Assembly: GCA_963797095.1 (NCBI GenBank)
Contig: CAWCNY010000002.1
Coordinates: forward strand, 480,001 to 544,000
DNA: 64,000 bases
From: an uncultured Chloroflexia bacterium
GTDB taxonomy: Bacteria; Chloroflexota; Chloroflexia; QHBQ01; JADMIH01
Reading direction: 5' to 3'
Below the pieces are notes generated by a model. It was given only the letters and a program-made list of their open reading frames with translations, was not told the origin of the DNA and made no database searches. Below are positions 50,769 through 60,430 of the stretch, one piece after another. Position numbers and translations under genes: made by a program. Numbering within the stretch: the first letter of the stretch is position 1; the number at the start of each line of letters is the position of its first letter.

Positions 50769-53700
50769 ATGAAGAATAGATTCGTTCAGCTAGGCCTGGC
50801 GTTCGCGGCTACCTTGCTGATCGTGGCCATTGCACTCTTTGTGCGCGATGGCCTTAACCCCGCGAACAACAATGCTGGCAAAAGCAGCGGCGCTGCCTCC
50901 GTACAAAACGTAAAGCCCGCTGCCCCTAACGCCGGGCCAAATATAGCCATCCCTCCCACCGGCGCGCAGCCTCAAGAGAAAACCTATCCCAACGGAGCAC
51001 GCGTGATAACCGATGTCAAGCACGACGTATCACCTCCGTTGCGCGACATCCCGCCTTCAGCCGTCGTAGACGTACAGGCGGAGAATGAAAACGAATCTCC
51101 GTTCCCTGTACCCCACACGAAGATCAAGGACCCCGTGGTCCAGAACTTCTTCGGCCCTCTCTCGATGCCAACCCCCATCATCACCTTCGAAGGCATCACC
51201 CAGGCTCAGGGCTGCGGTAGCTGTCTCCCTCCCGATACCAACGGCGATGTTGGCCCCAACCATTACGTACAAACCGTCAACTCGTCCTTTGGCGTGTGGG
51301 ACAAGAGCGGCAACATCGTGCTCTCTCCTCGCCCCATCAACACCCTCTTCGCCGGTTTTGGCGCGCCCTGCCAGACTACCAACGCGGGCGACCCCATCGA
51401 CCTCTATGACCCTATAGCTGACCGCTGGCTCATCAGCCAGTTCACATCTTCCAACCCCTTCGGGCAGTGTATAGCCATCTCCACTTCTCCCGACCCCACC
51501 GGCTCATACAACCGCTACTTCTTCCAGTTCGGCACAACCGAGCTTTATGACTATCCCAAGTTCGGTGTATGGCCCGACGGCTACTACATGACCGCCAACG
51601 TCTTCCTCAGCCAGAGCTTCCAGAGGCCGGCGGCCATGGTATTTGACCGTGCCAGCATGCTCGCGGGCCTCCCGGCCACCGTCCAGATATTCAACCCGGG
51701 CAACTTCTACGCCACCCTCCTGCCCGCCGACCTCGACGGCTCTAACCTCCCGCCGGCCGGTGCTCCCAACCCCTTCGTCAGCACCACGGGCAACATCAAC
51801 ACCATTCACCTGTGGCGCTTCCATGTTGACTGGACCACCCCCGCCAACTCCGTGCTCGCTGGCCCCGTCGATATACCTACAGCCCCATGGGACCCCGACC
51901 TCTGCGGCGGTGCCCTCTGTATTCCGCAGCCTGGCACCGTTCGTCGCCTCGATACCCTCGGCGACCATGCTATGTTCAGGCTGCAATATCGTAACTTCGG
52001 CGACCACGAGACCCTCGTATTCAACCAAAGCGTCGATGTTGATGGCACCGACCACGCCGGTATCCGCTGGTACGAATTGCGTGACCCCAACGGCACCCCA
52101 TCTGTCTACCAGCAGGGCACCTACGCGCCTGACGCTACCCATCGCTGGATGGGCAGCGCCGCTATGGACGGCGATGGCGACATAGCCATCGGCTATTCCG
52201 TCTCCTCAACCACCATCACCCCCTCCATTAGCTACGCCGGGCGTCTCTCAACCGACCCTCTCGGAGTGCTTGGGCAGGGTGAGACCATGATGTTCCAGGG
52301 CACCGGCTCTGAGACCAGCACCTCCGGGCGCTGGGGCGACTACAGCGCCATGAACGTCGACCCCTCGGACGACTGCACCTTCTGGTACACTAACGAATAC
52401 CTGCAGACCACGTCGAGCGCTTCCTGGAGGACCCGCATCGGCTCCTTCAAGTTCCCCGGCTGTGGCTCGACCACCCCCACCCCCACCGACACCGGCACTC
52501 CTCCCACCGCCACCGACACCCCTACTCCTGTTCCTACGGCCACCACAGTGCCTGCCAGTTGCGCCAACTACAATGTCGCCATTGACAGTGGCACATGGGT
52601 CTCGGCCACCACCCTCGTTGGCTTGCAGTGCGACGACTGTGCGGCCCCCATCAACCTCCCCTTCCCGGTCAAACTCTATGACCAGACCTACAATTCGGCT
52701 GTGGTAAGCTCTAACGGTGTGCTGGAGTTCGGCAGCGGCGACTATGCCTTCGGCAACGCCTGTCTCCCTGCCAGCATCTACGATCATGCCATAGCCGTCT
52801 TCTGGGACGACCTGATCTTTACCAACCCCGGTGAGGGTGTGTACAGTTCCACCTCAGGAACTGCCCCCAACCGCAGCTTCCTGCTCGAATGGCGCGGCAG
52901 GTCCATAGGCATATCGCCTAACGCATCGGTCGACTTCGCTATCATGATGCACGAAAACTCGGCCAACTTCGAGCTTCTATACACAGCTAGCACCGCTGGC
53001 CTAACGCGTAGCGCCACGATCGGTGTCCAGCGCAATATGCTGTACTACACGCAGTACTCCTGCAATGTCGCATTCGTGACGCCCCGCCTCAAACTGGACT
53101 TCACAATAGCGGATTGCCCAACTAATACCCCAACACCCACCAATACCCCTACCTCCACTTCCACTCGCACCCCTACCCTCACCCGTACCAGCACTAACAC
53201 CGCCACGGGCACGCCTCCAACCAGCACAGCTACTCAAACAGCTACCAACACTGCTACTGCCACCCCCACCTGTATCGGCGGCTACAGCACTCCTGTGCCG
53301 TGGGCCGTTGTCGCACCCGCTCCCGCTGATGTGCTCGGCGCAGGCGGAGCAGGCAGCGCCAGCAACTTCTACATGGGCGGCGGCTACAGCCTATCTTCTT
53401 TTAGCTACACCAATCAGTTCGGAAGCTACAACCCCACCGCCGACACCTGGACCGCGCTGGCTAACGTACCCAACACGGGCGAGGGTCTCTCCTTCGTCTA
53501 CTCACCTCTCAACAACAAGATCTACGCCTTCGGCGGGGCCAACTGCGATACCAGCACCGTCTACGCCACCACACGCATCTACGATATCGCTACCAACACC
53601 TGGACCACCGGCGCTCCCATGCCAACGGCCCTGCACGGTATGGACGCTGGCTACTATGACGGTAAGGTATACCTTGCAGGTGGCTTCACCTCCTGTGCTG

Positions 53701-55997
53701 TTACCCCCACCAATACCCTCTACATCTACGACCTCATGACCGACTCCTGGTCGGCGGGCGCTCCCGTCACCCAGGCTCTCGGTGGCGCGGGCGGCGGCGT
53801 GATCAACGGTAGGCTCTCTGTGACCGGCGGGCGCGATGCGAGTAGCAATGGTCGCACAACCAACTACGAGTACAACATCGCTACCAACACCTGGGCCACT
53901 CGCGCAGCGGTCCCGGCGGGCACCAATGCCCCCGGCAGCGCCGTCGCGGGCACCAAACTCTGGATCTTCGGCGGCGGCACGCCGTTCTCCGCCCAGTCCA
54001 GCAGTGTCAAATCAATGGTAGGCAAGGCTCGGGATCCAAAGGCTCCCGATGCCTTCACCACCACCCGTATCTGGGACTCCGAAACCAACACCTGGTCGGT
54101 GGGCCCATCCCTCAATGTTGGCCGCTCCTTTATGGCAAGCGGCAGTGTGCTTAGCTACATTGTCGCTGCGGGCGGCTTCGATGGCGTTACCACCACCAAC
54201 ACAACCGAGGTAGCGATTGCCGGTGGCGTCTGCTCAGGCCCCTCCCCCACTCCCACCTCAACCCTCACTCCTACCGCTTCGCCCACCTGCGTATCCAGCC
54301 CCGCCAACTGGCTTGCGGCTACCGTCTATCCAACCGATATTGAGCGCTATGGCTTCGCACGGGTAGGAACAGTCTTCTATGTGATCGGTGGTGTGTCTGG
54401 CGGCGTCAACGTTAGCAACGTGCGTCGCTACAACTCCGTTGCCAACACATGGACCTCAGTGGCTGCCATGCCGTTCACATCCGAAGCTCCCGCCTGCGCC
54501 TACATGGCAAGCGATCTCAGGATCTACTGCGCTCAAGGCGCTACCGGCACCGGCTTTGCAATCTACAACACCGCTAACAACACCTGGACCTCAGGCCCTG
54601 CCGTTCCGGGCGGCGACCACTACGGCGCTGCTGCCGGTGCCTACAATGGCAAGGTCTACATCGTGGGTGGCGGCACCGCAGGCCCAAGCAACACTGTGCA
54701 GGTGTACGACACAGCCACAGGCATATGGTCAACAGGCACGGCGGCCCCTTCCGCTTACGAGTTGGGTGGCTTCACCCAGGTTGGTCAATACCTGTACGCG
54801 GTTGGCTCCTTCGGGGCTTCCCCTTCAGGTATGCAGGACACCCTGGTGAGAAACGCTGCTGTCAAGTCCCGCACAATCGCGCCCAATGCCAACAGCACCG
54901 ACACTCTCAGGCTCGACCTGTCCACCGGCACCTGGAGCACAGGCCCTGCCTGGGTCCCAGGCAGAGCCGACTTCGCCCTTGCCTATGACCCGGCGGTGAA
55001 CAAACTGTACGCCATCGGCGGCGACGCACCGGGCGGCACCTACTTCGACTCTACCAACTCGGTAGACGAGCTATCCCTGGCAAGCTGGCCTGCCGGCTCC
55101 TGGGCTTCCTCTGCACCTATCCTGCCTTCGGCCAGGCAAGCCAACTCTGCTGGCTTCTACACGACCGGTAGGGGCGGCGGCGAGATCTGGAGTGTAGGCG
55201 GTGTGGACGCGACCACGTTCACTGCCCTTGCAGAAAACCTCTACAGGGTGAACGGCTATCTGTGCCCGACCAGCACACCTACCACCACCAACACGGCCGT
55301 TCCCACCAACACCTTCACTCCTACTAATACCCGCACCCTCACTCCTACTAATACCCGCACAAGCACGTCCACAGCCACAGCCACACCTAGCCCCACGGCC
55401 ACATGTGTTGTGAACCCCAACTACAGCGCGGTACGCACTACAGGAGCCACTATCATTCCTGCTGCAACGCTGGTAGCCGGTTCTCAGTGCTCGGCTTGCG
55501 TGGTCACGGTCAACCTCCCCTTCACCTACAACTTCTACGACCAAAACTACACAAGCGTCAACGTCTCCAACCAGGGCAACCTGCAGTTTGGGAGCAGCAA
55601 CTCTGCTACAGGAGCATGTATCCCAACCACCTCAGCCAGCTACTTGATAGCACCATACTGGGGTAGCTTCGTATCCAACCTCACCCCGGCGATGGGAGTG
55701 TACACCACAGTAACAGGTACCTCACCAAACCGCACCTTCGTAATCGATTGGAAGCTAAAGAGGAGTGCAGACTCGAGGCTGACAACCAGTGAGTTCGAGG
55801 TAGTGCTATACGAAGGGATACCGAGGTTCGACTACATCTACGGGAACGTATCGGACCAGGGTATCAACGAGAGCATCGGAGCACAGGAGTTTACGGGAGT
55901 AGGGTTCCGTTCGGTGTCGTGGTCTTGCAACACTGCCTCTGTGCAGCAAGGAGACCGTCTCACCTTCGACCGGAGAACCTGTTCCATCACACGCTAA
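50769..55997 (+). CDS. Secreted surface protein 4: RWGDY-type domain, beta-rich module, two kelch propellers, C-terminal module shared with protein 3
   Basis: Signal peptide; domain motifs as in proteins 2 and 3. Confidence 0.9.
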   Translation: MKNRFVQLGLAFAATLLIVAIALFVRDGLNPANNNAGKSSGAASVQNVKPAAPNAGPNIAIPPTGAQPQEKTYPNGARVITDVKHDVSPPLRDIPPSAVVDVQAENENESPFPVPHTKIKDPVVQNFFGPLSMPTPIITFEGITQAQGCGSCLPPDTNGDVGPNHYVQTVNSSFGVWDKSGNIVLSPRPINTLFAGFGAPCQTTNAGDPIDLYDPIADRWLISQFTSSNPFGQCIAISTSPDPTGSYNRYFFQFGTTELYDYPKFGVWPDGYYMTANVFLSQSFQRPAAMVFDRASMLAGLPATVQIFNPGNFYATLLPADLDGSNLPPAGAPNPFVSTTGNINTIHLWRFHVDWTTPANSVLAGPVDIPTAPWDPDLCGGALCIPQPGTVRRLDTLGDHAMFRLQYRNFGDHETLVFNQSVDVDGTDHAGIRWYELRDPNGTPSVYQQGTYAPDATHRWMGSAAMDGDGDIAIGYSVSSTTITPSISYAGRLSTDPLGVLGQGETMMFQGTGSETSTSGRWGDYSAMNVDPSDDCTFWYTNEYLQTTSSASWRTRIGSFKFPGCGSTTPTPTDTGTPPTATDTPTPVPTATTVPASCANYNVAIDSGTWVSATTLVGLQCDDCAAPINLPFPVKLYDQTYNSAVVSSNGVLEFGSGDYAFGNACLPASIYDHAIAVFWDDLIFTNPGEGVYSSTSGTAPNRSFLLEWRGRSIGISPNASVDFAIMMHENSANFELLYTASTAGLTRSATIGVQRNMLYYTQYSCNVAFVTPRLKLDFTIADCPTNTPTPTNTPTSTSTRTPTLTRTSTNTATGTPPTSTATQTATNTATATPTCIGGYSTPVPWAVVAPAPADVLGAGGAGSASNFYMGGGYSLSSFSYTNQFGSYNPTADTWTALANVPNTGEGLSFVYSPLNNKIYAFGGANCDTSTVYATTRIYDIATNTWTTGAPMPTALHGMDAGYYDGKVYLAGGFTSCAVTPTNTLYIYDLMTDSWSAGAPVTQALGGAGGGVINGRLSVTGGRDASSNGRTTNYEYNIATNTWATRAAVPAGTNAPGSAVAGTKLWIFGGGTPFSAQSSSVKSMVGKARDPKAPDAFTTTRIWDSETNTWSVGPSLNVGRSFMASGSVLSYIVAAGGFDGVTTTNTTEVAIAGGVCSGPSPTPTSTLTPTASPTCVSSPANWLAATVYPTDIERYGFARVGTVFYVIGGVSGGVNVSNVRRYNSVANTWTSVAAMPFTSEAPACAYMASDLRIYCAQGATGTGFAIYNTANNTWTSGPAVPGGDHYGAAAGAYNGKVYIVGGGTAGPSNTVQVYDTATGIWSTGTAAPSAYELGGFTQVGQYLYAVGSFGASPSGMQDTLVRNAAVKSRTIAPNANSTDTLRLDLSTGTWSTGPAWVPGRADFALAYDPAVNKLYAIGGDAPGGTYFDSTNSVDELSLASWPAGSWASSAPILPSARQANSAGFYTTGRGGGEIWSVGGVDATTFTALAENLYRVNGYLCPTSTPTTTNTAVPTNTFTPTNTRTLTPTNTRTSTSTATATPSPTATCVVNPNYSAVRTTGATIIPAATLVAGSQCSACVVTVNLPFTYNFYDQNYTSVNVSNQGNLQFGSSNSATGACIPTTSASYLIAPYWGSFVSNLTPAMGVYTTVTGTSPNRTFVIDWKLKRSADSRLTTSEFEVVLYEGIPRFDYIYGNVSDQGINESIGAQEFTGVGFRSVSWSCNTASVQQGDRLTFDRRTCSITR

Positions 55998-56026
55998 CAG
56001 GTGCTAGCGACTCTGGCCTTCGGGTA

Positions 56027-56220
56027 ACAAACATGGGTCATCCCGAATTTTAGATTCAGCTTTGCAGGCGTGCAATCTGGTTCTAAAACAAGCAAAATGG
56101 CGGCGAAGCCGCCATTTTGCTTGTTTTAGAAAGCCTCTCCCCAAATTTCGGGGAGGAGTCTTTGGTCGTTCCCAATCTGTTGTACGCACGAATCTAAAAT
56201 TCGGGATGACCCATGTTTGT
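56027..56220. mobile_element. 194-bp MITE-like nested palindrome
   Basis: Perfect 31-bp terminal IR; inner 24-bp stem with GAA loop (56081-56131). Confidence 0.65.
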
Positions 56221-56294
56221 CATCCTCCATCACCTCGGCGGCTTTTCGTTTATACTGAAGATCGCCACTCTCATCTCGAAGGCAAGGACTGAGC

Positions 56295-57941
56295 ATGGAC
56301 AACACACCCCCTCCATACCCCGATTTACTCCCCTCAATCGACTTCTCCGCCAACCCCTACAACACCCGCCGAAGCGTCCTGATGGCTCGCCGTGGCGTTG
56401 TTGCCACCAGCCAACCGCTCGCCGTCCAGGCCGGGATCGAAATGCTGCGGCGGGGTGGCAACGCGGTCGATGCCGCTATCGCCACCGCGGCGGCCCTTAC
56501 AGTCGTCGAGCCTACCTCCAATGGCATTGGTTCTGATGCCTTCGCCCTCGTATGGGACGGCAAGCACCTCCACGGTCTCAACGGCTCCGGTCGCGCTCCC
56601 CTGGCCCATTCCCTCTCGCGCCTCCTCGACGCCGGGCACAGCGAAATGCCCGCCTTCGGTTGGCTTCCCGTCACCGTTCCGGGCGCACCCGCTGCCTGGC
56701 GCGACCTCCACGCCCGCCTCGGCAAGCTCCCGTTCGCGACCCTCTTCGAGCCTGCCATCGACTACGCCGAGCGCGGCTACCCTCTATCCCCTGTACTCGC
56801 CGCTTCCTGGGCAGTGGCCGCCAGCCGCTACTCCCAAATGGACGGCCCTGAGTTCGCGGGCTGGATGCCCACCTTCGCCCCCGGTGGCCACGCCCCCCGC
56901 GCAGGCGAAATCTGGTCCAGCCCCGGCCATGCCGCCACTCTCCGACGCATCGCCCAAACTAACTCCGAAGACTTCTACCGGGGCGATACCGCCACCGCCG
57001 TCCTGCGATTCTCCGAAGCCACAGGCGGCCTCCTTGTAGCAGATGATCTCTCCAACCACACCAGCACCTGGGTAGACCCCATCTCCACGAATTACAGGGG
57101 CTATGATGTATGGGAGATACCGCCCAACGGCCAGGGCATCACCGCCCTCATCGCGCTCAACATCCTTGAAGGCTTCGACATCTCCACCCTCAAGCGCGAT
57201 AGCGCCCGATCCTTCCACCTCGGCATCGAGGCCATCAAGCTCGCCTTCGCCGACGCCCAACTCTATGTCGCCGATCCCGACCACGAAGATGTGCCTGTCT
57301 CTCGCCTCCTCGACAAATCCTACGCTGCCCGACGCCGCGCCCTCATCGGCGACCGCGCCCTCACCCCCGCCCCAGGCGACCCCAACTCAGGAGGCACCGT
57401 CTACCTTTGCACAGCCGACGGCGACGGCATGATGGTCTCCTTTATCCAATCCAACTACATGGGTTTCGGATCAGGCGTCGTAGTCCCCAATACCGGCATC
57501 TCCCTCCAGAACCGGGGTGCCAACTTCAGCCTCGACCCGGACCACCCCAACCGCCTCCACCCTGGCAAGCGCCCCTACCACACCATCATCCCCTCGTTCC
57601 TCACCCGCGAAGGCCAACCCGTCGGCCCCTTCGGCGTCATGGGCGGCTTCATGCAGCCCCAGGGCCATCTCCAGATGGTCGTCAACATCATCGACTATGC
57701 CATGAACCCCCAGGCCAGCCTCGATGCTCCCCGTTGGCAGTGGGCCTCCGGCAAAACGGTCCAGGTCGAGTCCGACGCAGATCCCCAGGTCATATCCAGC
57801 TTACGCGCTATGGGCCACGATATCCAGGTGCAGGAGCCGAGTGGCGGCTTCGGCAGAGGCCAGATCATCTGGCGTCTCCCCTCAGGGGCCTACGCGGCGG
57901 GCAGCGACAAACGCGCCGATGGTTACGCCGCCGGAATATAA
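56295..57941 (+). CDS. ggt: Gamma-glutamyltransferase family protein
   Basis: GGNAVDAA, TVPG, catalytic T in GTVYL, PGKRPYHTIIP, GGFMQPQG. Confidence 0.93.
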   Translation: MDNTPPPYPDLLPSIDFSANPYNTRRSVLMARRGVVATSQPLAVQAGIEMLRRGGNAVDAAIATAAALTVVEPTSNGIGSDAFALVWDGKHLHGLNGSGRAPLAHSLSRLLDAGHSEMPAFGWLPVTVPGAPAAWRDLHARLGKLPFATLFEPAIDYAERGYPLSPVLAASWAVAASRYSQMDGPEFAGWMPTFAPGGHAPRAGEIWSSPGHAATLRRIAQTNSEDFYRGDTATAVLRFSEATGGLLVADDLSNHTSTWVDPISTNYRGYDVWEIPPNGQGITALIALNILEGFDISTLKRDSARSFHLGIEAIKLAFADAQLYVADPDHEDVPVSRLLDKSYAARRRALIGDRALTPAPGDPNSGGTVYLCTADGDGMMVSFIQSNYMGFGSGVVVPNTGISLQNRGANFSLDPDHPNRLHPGKRPYHTIIPSFLTREGQPVGPFGVMGGFMQPQGHLQMVVNIIDYAMNPQASLDAPRWQWASGKTVQVESDADPQVISSLRAMGHDIQVQEPSGGFGRGQIIWRLPSGAYAAGSDKRADGYAAGI

Positions 57942-57962
57942 CTCACTTCAATAGGAGCAACC

Positions 57963-58559
57963 ATGCGCCAGCGCACAGTAGGTATCCTCATATTCGATGA
58001 CGTTGAAGTGCTGGACTTTTGTGGCCCGTTTGAGGTCTTTGCCACCACAACTTTGCCCGACAGTGACGACAAGCCCTTCCGCGTCCTCACCATAGCCGAG
58101 CGCTCCAACATCGTCACCTGCTGGGGCGGCCTTCTCGTCCAGCCCAACGGCACAATCGAAGACCACCCGCCCCTCGACATCCTCCTCGTCCCAGGCGGGC
58201 AAGGCACCCGTCGCGAAGTCAACAACCCGCGCCTCCTCGATTGGATTGCCGAGCAAGATCGCTCTACCGAGCTAACTACCTCGGTCTGCACTGGCGCATT
58301 CATGCTTGCTGCTCGCGGCCTCCTCGATGACCTTCCTGCCACCACCCACTGGGGCAGCGTAGATCGCCTGCGCGAAACCCACCGCTCCACCACCGTCTTT
58401 GACAATGTTCGCTACGTGGACAACGGCCATATCCTGACCTCGGCAGGCGTATCGGCGGGCATCGACATGTCCCTCCACATAATAGCCCGTCTCCTGGGCG
58501 ACGAAGTGGCCGCCAACACCGCCCGCCGCATGGAATACACCGGGCAGTGGCAATTATGA
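57963..58559 (+). CDS. DJ-1/PfpI family protein
   Basis: EVLDFCGPFEVF, PGG, SVCTG, TSAGVSAGID. Confidence 0.92.
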   Translation: MRQRTVGILIFDDVEVLDFCGPFEVFATTTLPDSDDKPFRVLTIAERSNIVTCWGGLLVQPNGTIEDHPPLDILLVPGGQGTRREVNNPRLLDWIAEQDRSTELTTSVCTGAFMLAARGLLDDLPATTHWGSVDRLRETHRSTTVFDNVRYVDNGHILTSAGVSAGIDMSLHIIARLLGDEVAANTARRMEYTGQWQL

Positions 58560-58666
58560 ACAAACGGTTAAGATTTGCGAACGTTTTCCTGAATTATCGG
58601 CAGCCGCTAATTATTACGTGGTATAATGTGCCATAGTCGCGCTACGCCGTGAAAGGAGAAAAGGCC

Positions 58667-58891
58667 ATGAATCTTGGGCCTACAGAACTAATCGTAATTC
58701 TAGTAATTGTATTGATCGTATTCGGAGCCGGTAGGCTCCCACAGGTGTTCAGCTCCCTGGGCAAAGGTGTCCGCGAGTTCCGCGAGGCATCCGAGGGCAA
58801 AGATACACCCGAAACACCCGCCTCCCCACCTCCAGCCCCCACCGTCACAAGCACGCCCCCTACCACCCAGGAACAAACCAAACAGCCCTAA
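58667..58891 (+). CDS. tatA: Twin-arginine translocase subunit TatA
   Basis: [22 protein letters not shown]...GKGVREFR. Confidence 0.93.
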   Translation: MNLGPTELIVILVIVLIVFGAGRLPQVFSSLGKGVREFREASEGKDTPETPASPPPAPTVTSTPPTTQEQTKQP

Positions 58892-58899
58892 CAATCACA

Positions 58900-58968
58900 A
58901 GTAACGAGTGACGGGTGACAGTGCTCCCAGTTTCACCTACCAAACCAGGAACTAAGAACTAGGAACTT
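58900..58968. repeat. Heptamer tracts overlapping the GT9 stop
   Basis: agtaacg agtgacg ggtgac; aaaccag gaactaa gaactag gaact. Confidence 0.7.
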
Positions 58969-60031
58969 CGTCCTTCCCCATCATCCCCAAACATGCCTCC
59001 AGCACCCGCTCCGGCCTGATAGCCGCTAGCGCTGGACACATCAGGCACATGATCCACTCGGCCAGCGTGATCCCCCCCACCAGGGGGAACCGGCAGGCAC
59101 ACACCAGCGGCGACCCCACCACCGCATAATCCACACCCTCTTTCCCACCTGGCACCCATGGGTGATAGCTGCGTGGGTCTGTAGGCCCATAGATCCCTAC
59201 CACCCTGGTGCCCGTAGCAGCCGCTATATGCAGCGGGCTTGAATCGTTTCCCACAAATAGCGCGCACTTCCTGATAAGTGCCGCCGTCTCCCCCAACGTC
59301 GTCTGCCCCGTAGCATTGATCACGTGGGCCTGCGTTCGTGCCGAGATCTGGGCTGCCAGGGGCGCATCCTCTTTTCCGCCCATCAGCAATATCCTGACCG
59401 CGCCCCCCATCCTCTCATGTAGCCCGCTGGCTACCTTCGCGAATCGCTCTGGCCCCCACTGCTTGTGCCCCCACAGCCCCTCGCCTCCTGGGTGTATCCC
59501 CACCAGCATCTCCCCAGGCTCAACTCTGTACCTATCCAGCCAGCTTTGGGCGCGCATCTCCTCTTCTTCCGTCGGGCAAATGCGCAGCCCCATCTCTCCC
59601 TCCCCGATCTCCACCCCCAGGCGGCGCACCGCGTCGTTGTAATGCTCGACCGCGTGCTTCTTTCGCCATTCCCTCCCCGCCCCAGGAATCAGCCACCACA
59701 TGCGCGGCAGATTCATCTCCGACCTGCGCCGGATGCCGCTCACCCATGTAACCCACCACGCGTAATTGCAGAACTCCACAGCCAGGTCGAACCGTGCCCT
59801 GCGTAGTGTCCAGAAGAGCTTTAGCACCTGCCTCAACCCCGGCCATGTCTGGCGGGTAGGCCAGTACATCAGATTATCTATATCGGAGTTAGAGCGCAAA
59901 ATACCCGCGTTCGTAGGATACACCAGCGCCGTTATCTCGGCGTGTGGGTAGCGCCCCCGAAGCGCACGTATTGCAGGCGTGGCAAATAATGTGTCCCCAA
60001 TAGGAAGGAGCAAAAGCAGCAAGATGCGCAT
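58952..60031 (-). CDS. Glycosyltransferase family 9 protein
   Basis: IGD...TP, HPG...KQW, NDSSPLHIAAA, YGPT. Confidence 0.9.
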   Translation of the reverse strand: MRILLLLLLPIGDTLFATPAIRALRGRYPHAEITALVYPTNAGILRSNSDIDNLMYWPTRQTWPGLRQVLKLFWTLRRARFDLAVEFCNYAWWVTWVSGIRRRSEMNLPRMWWLIPGAGREWRKKHAVEHYNDAVRRLGVEIGEGEMGLRICPTEEEEMRAQSWLDRYRVEPGEMLVGIHPGGEGLWGHKQWGPERFAKVASGLHERMGGAVRILLMGGKEDAPLAAQISARTQAHVINATGQTTLGETAALIRKCALFVGNDSSPLHIAAATGTRVVGIYGPTDPRSYHPWVPGGKEGVDYAVVGSPLVCACRFPLVGGITLAEWIMCLMCPALAAIRPERVLEACLGMMGKDEVPSS

Positions 60032-60106
60032 TTGCTCCTATCATACATGACCCCTGTTCAAATGCAAAACAACCTGTGTGTCTGTAGTCCGAACTCTGGA
60101 CTAATC

Positions 60107-60358
60107 TCACCGTTCTTCGCGGAAGAACTCAATAGCCTCGCTGCGTTCCGCTTCCGTCGTCATTACCTCCACGAACGACAGCCTGTGCCACGGGAACATA
60201 AACGACTTTGCGCCGATCGTTACATAAGGGATCGGTTTCCCATCCCGCCGTTTGGGGTTCGTGAACTCAAGGAACTGATCCGTAGGCTTCGGCAACTCCT
60301 CCACCTCCGCCAGGATCGGATCTTCGTTCATCACATGGATGATTACCAGCTTCGCCAT
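60107..60358 (-). CDS. Small hypothetical protein
   Basis: ggagg RBS; sits in an operon position between the kinase and GT9 genes. Confidence 0.8.
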   Translation of the reverse strand: MAKLVIIHVMNEDPILAEVEELPKPTDQFLEFTNPKRRDGKPIPYVTIGAKSFMFPWHRLSFVEVMTTEAERSEAIEFFREER

Positions 60359-60430
60359 AATTCCTCCGCAATCAGCAAACGGTCCTCAACCGCTTCTTCC
60401 TGACCCCGTCCTTCAACCGGCCAACTCTCA

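Noticed and set aside
49914-55975. Near-identical repeats as a DGR template/variable pair
   Set aside because: Only isolated differences, not consistently at adenines; both copies are coding; no reverse transcriptase in the window
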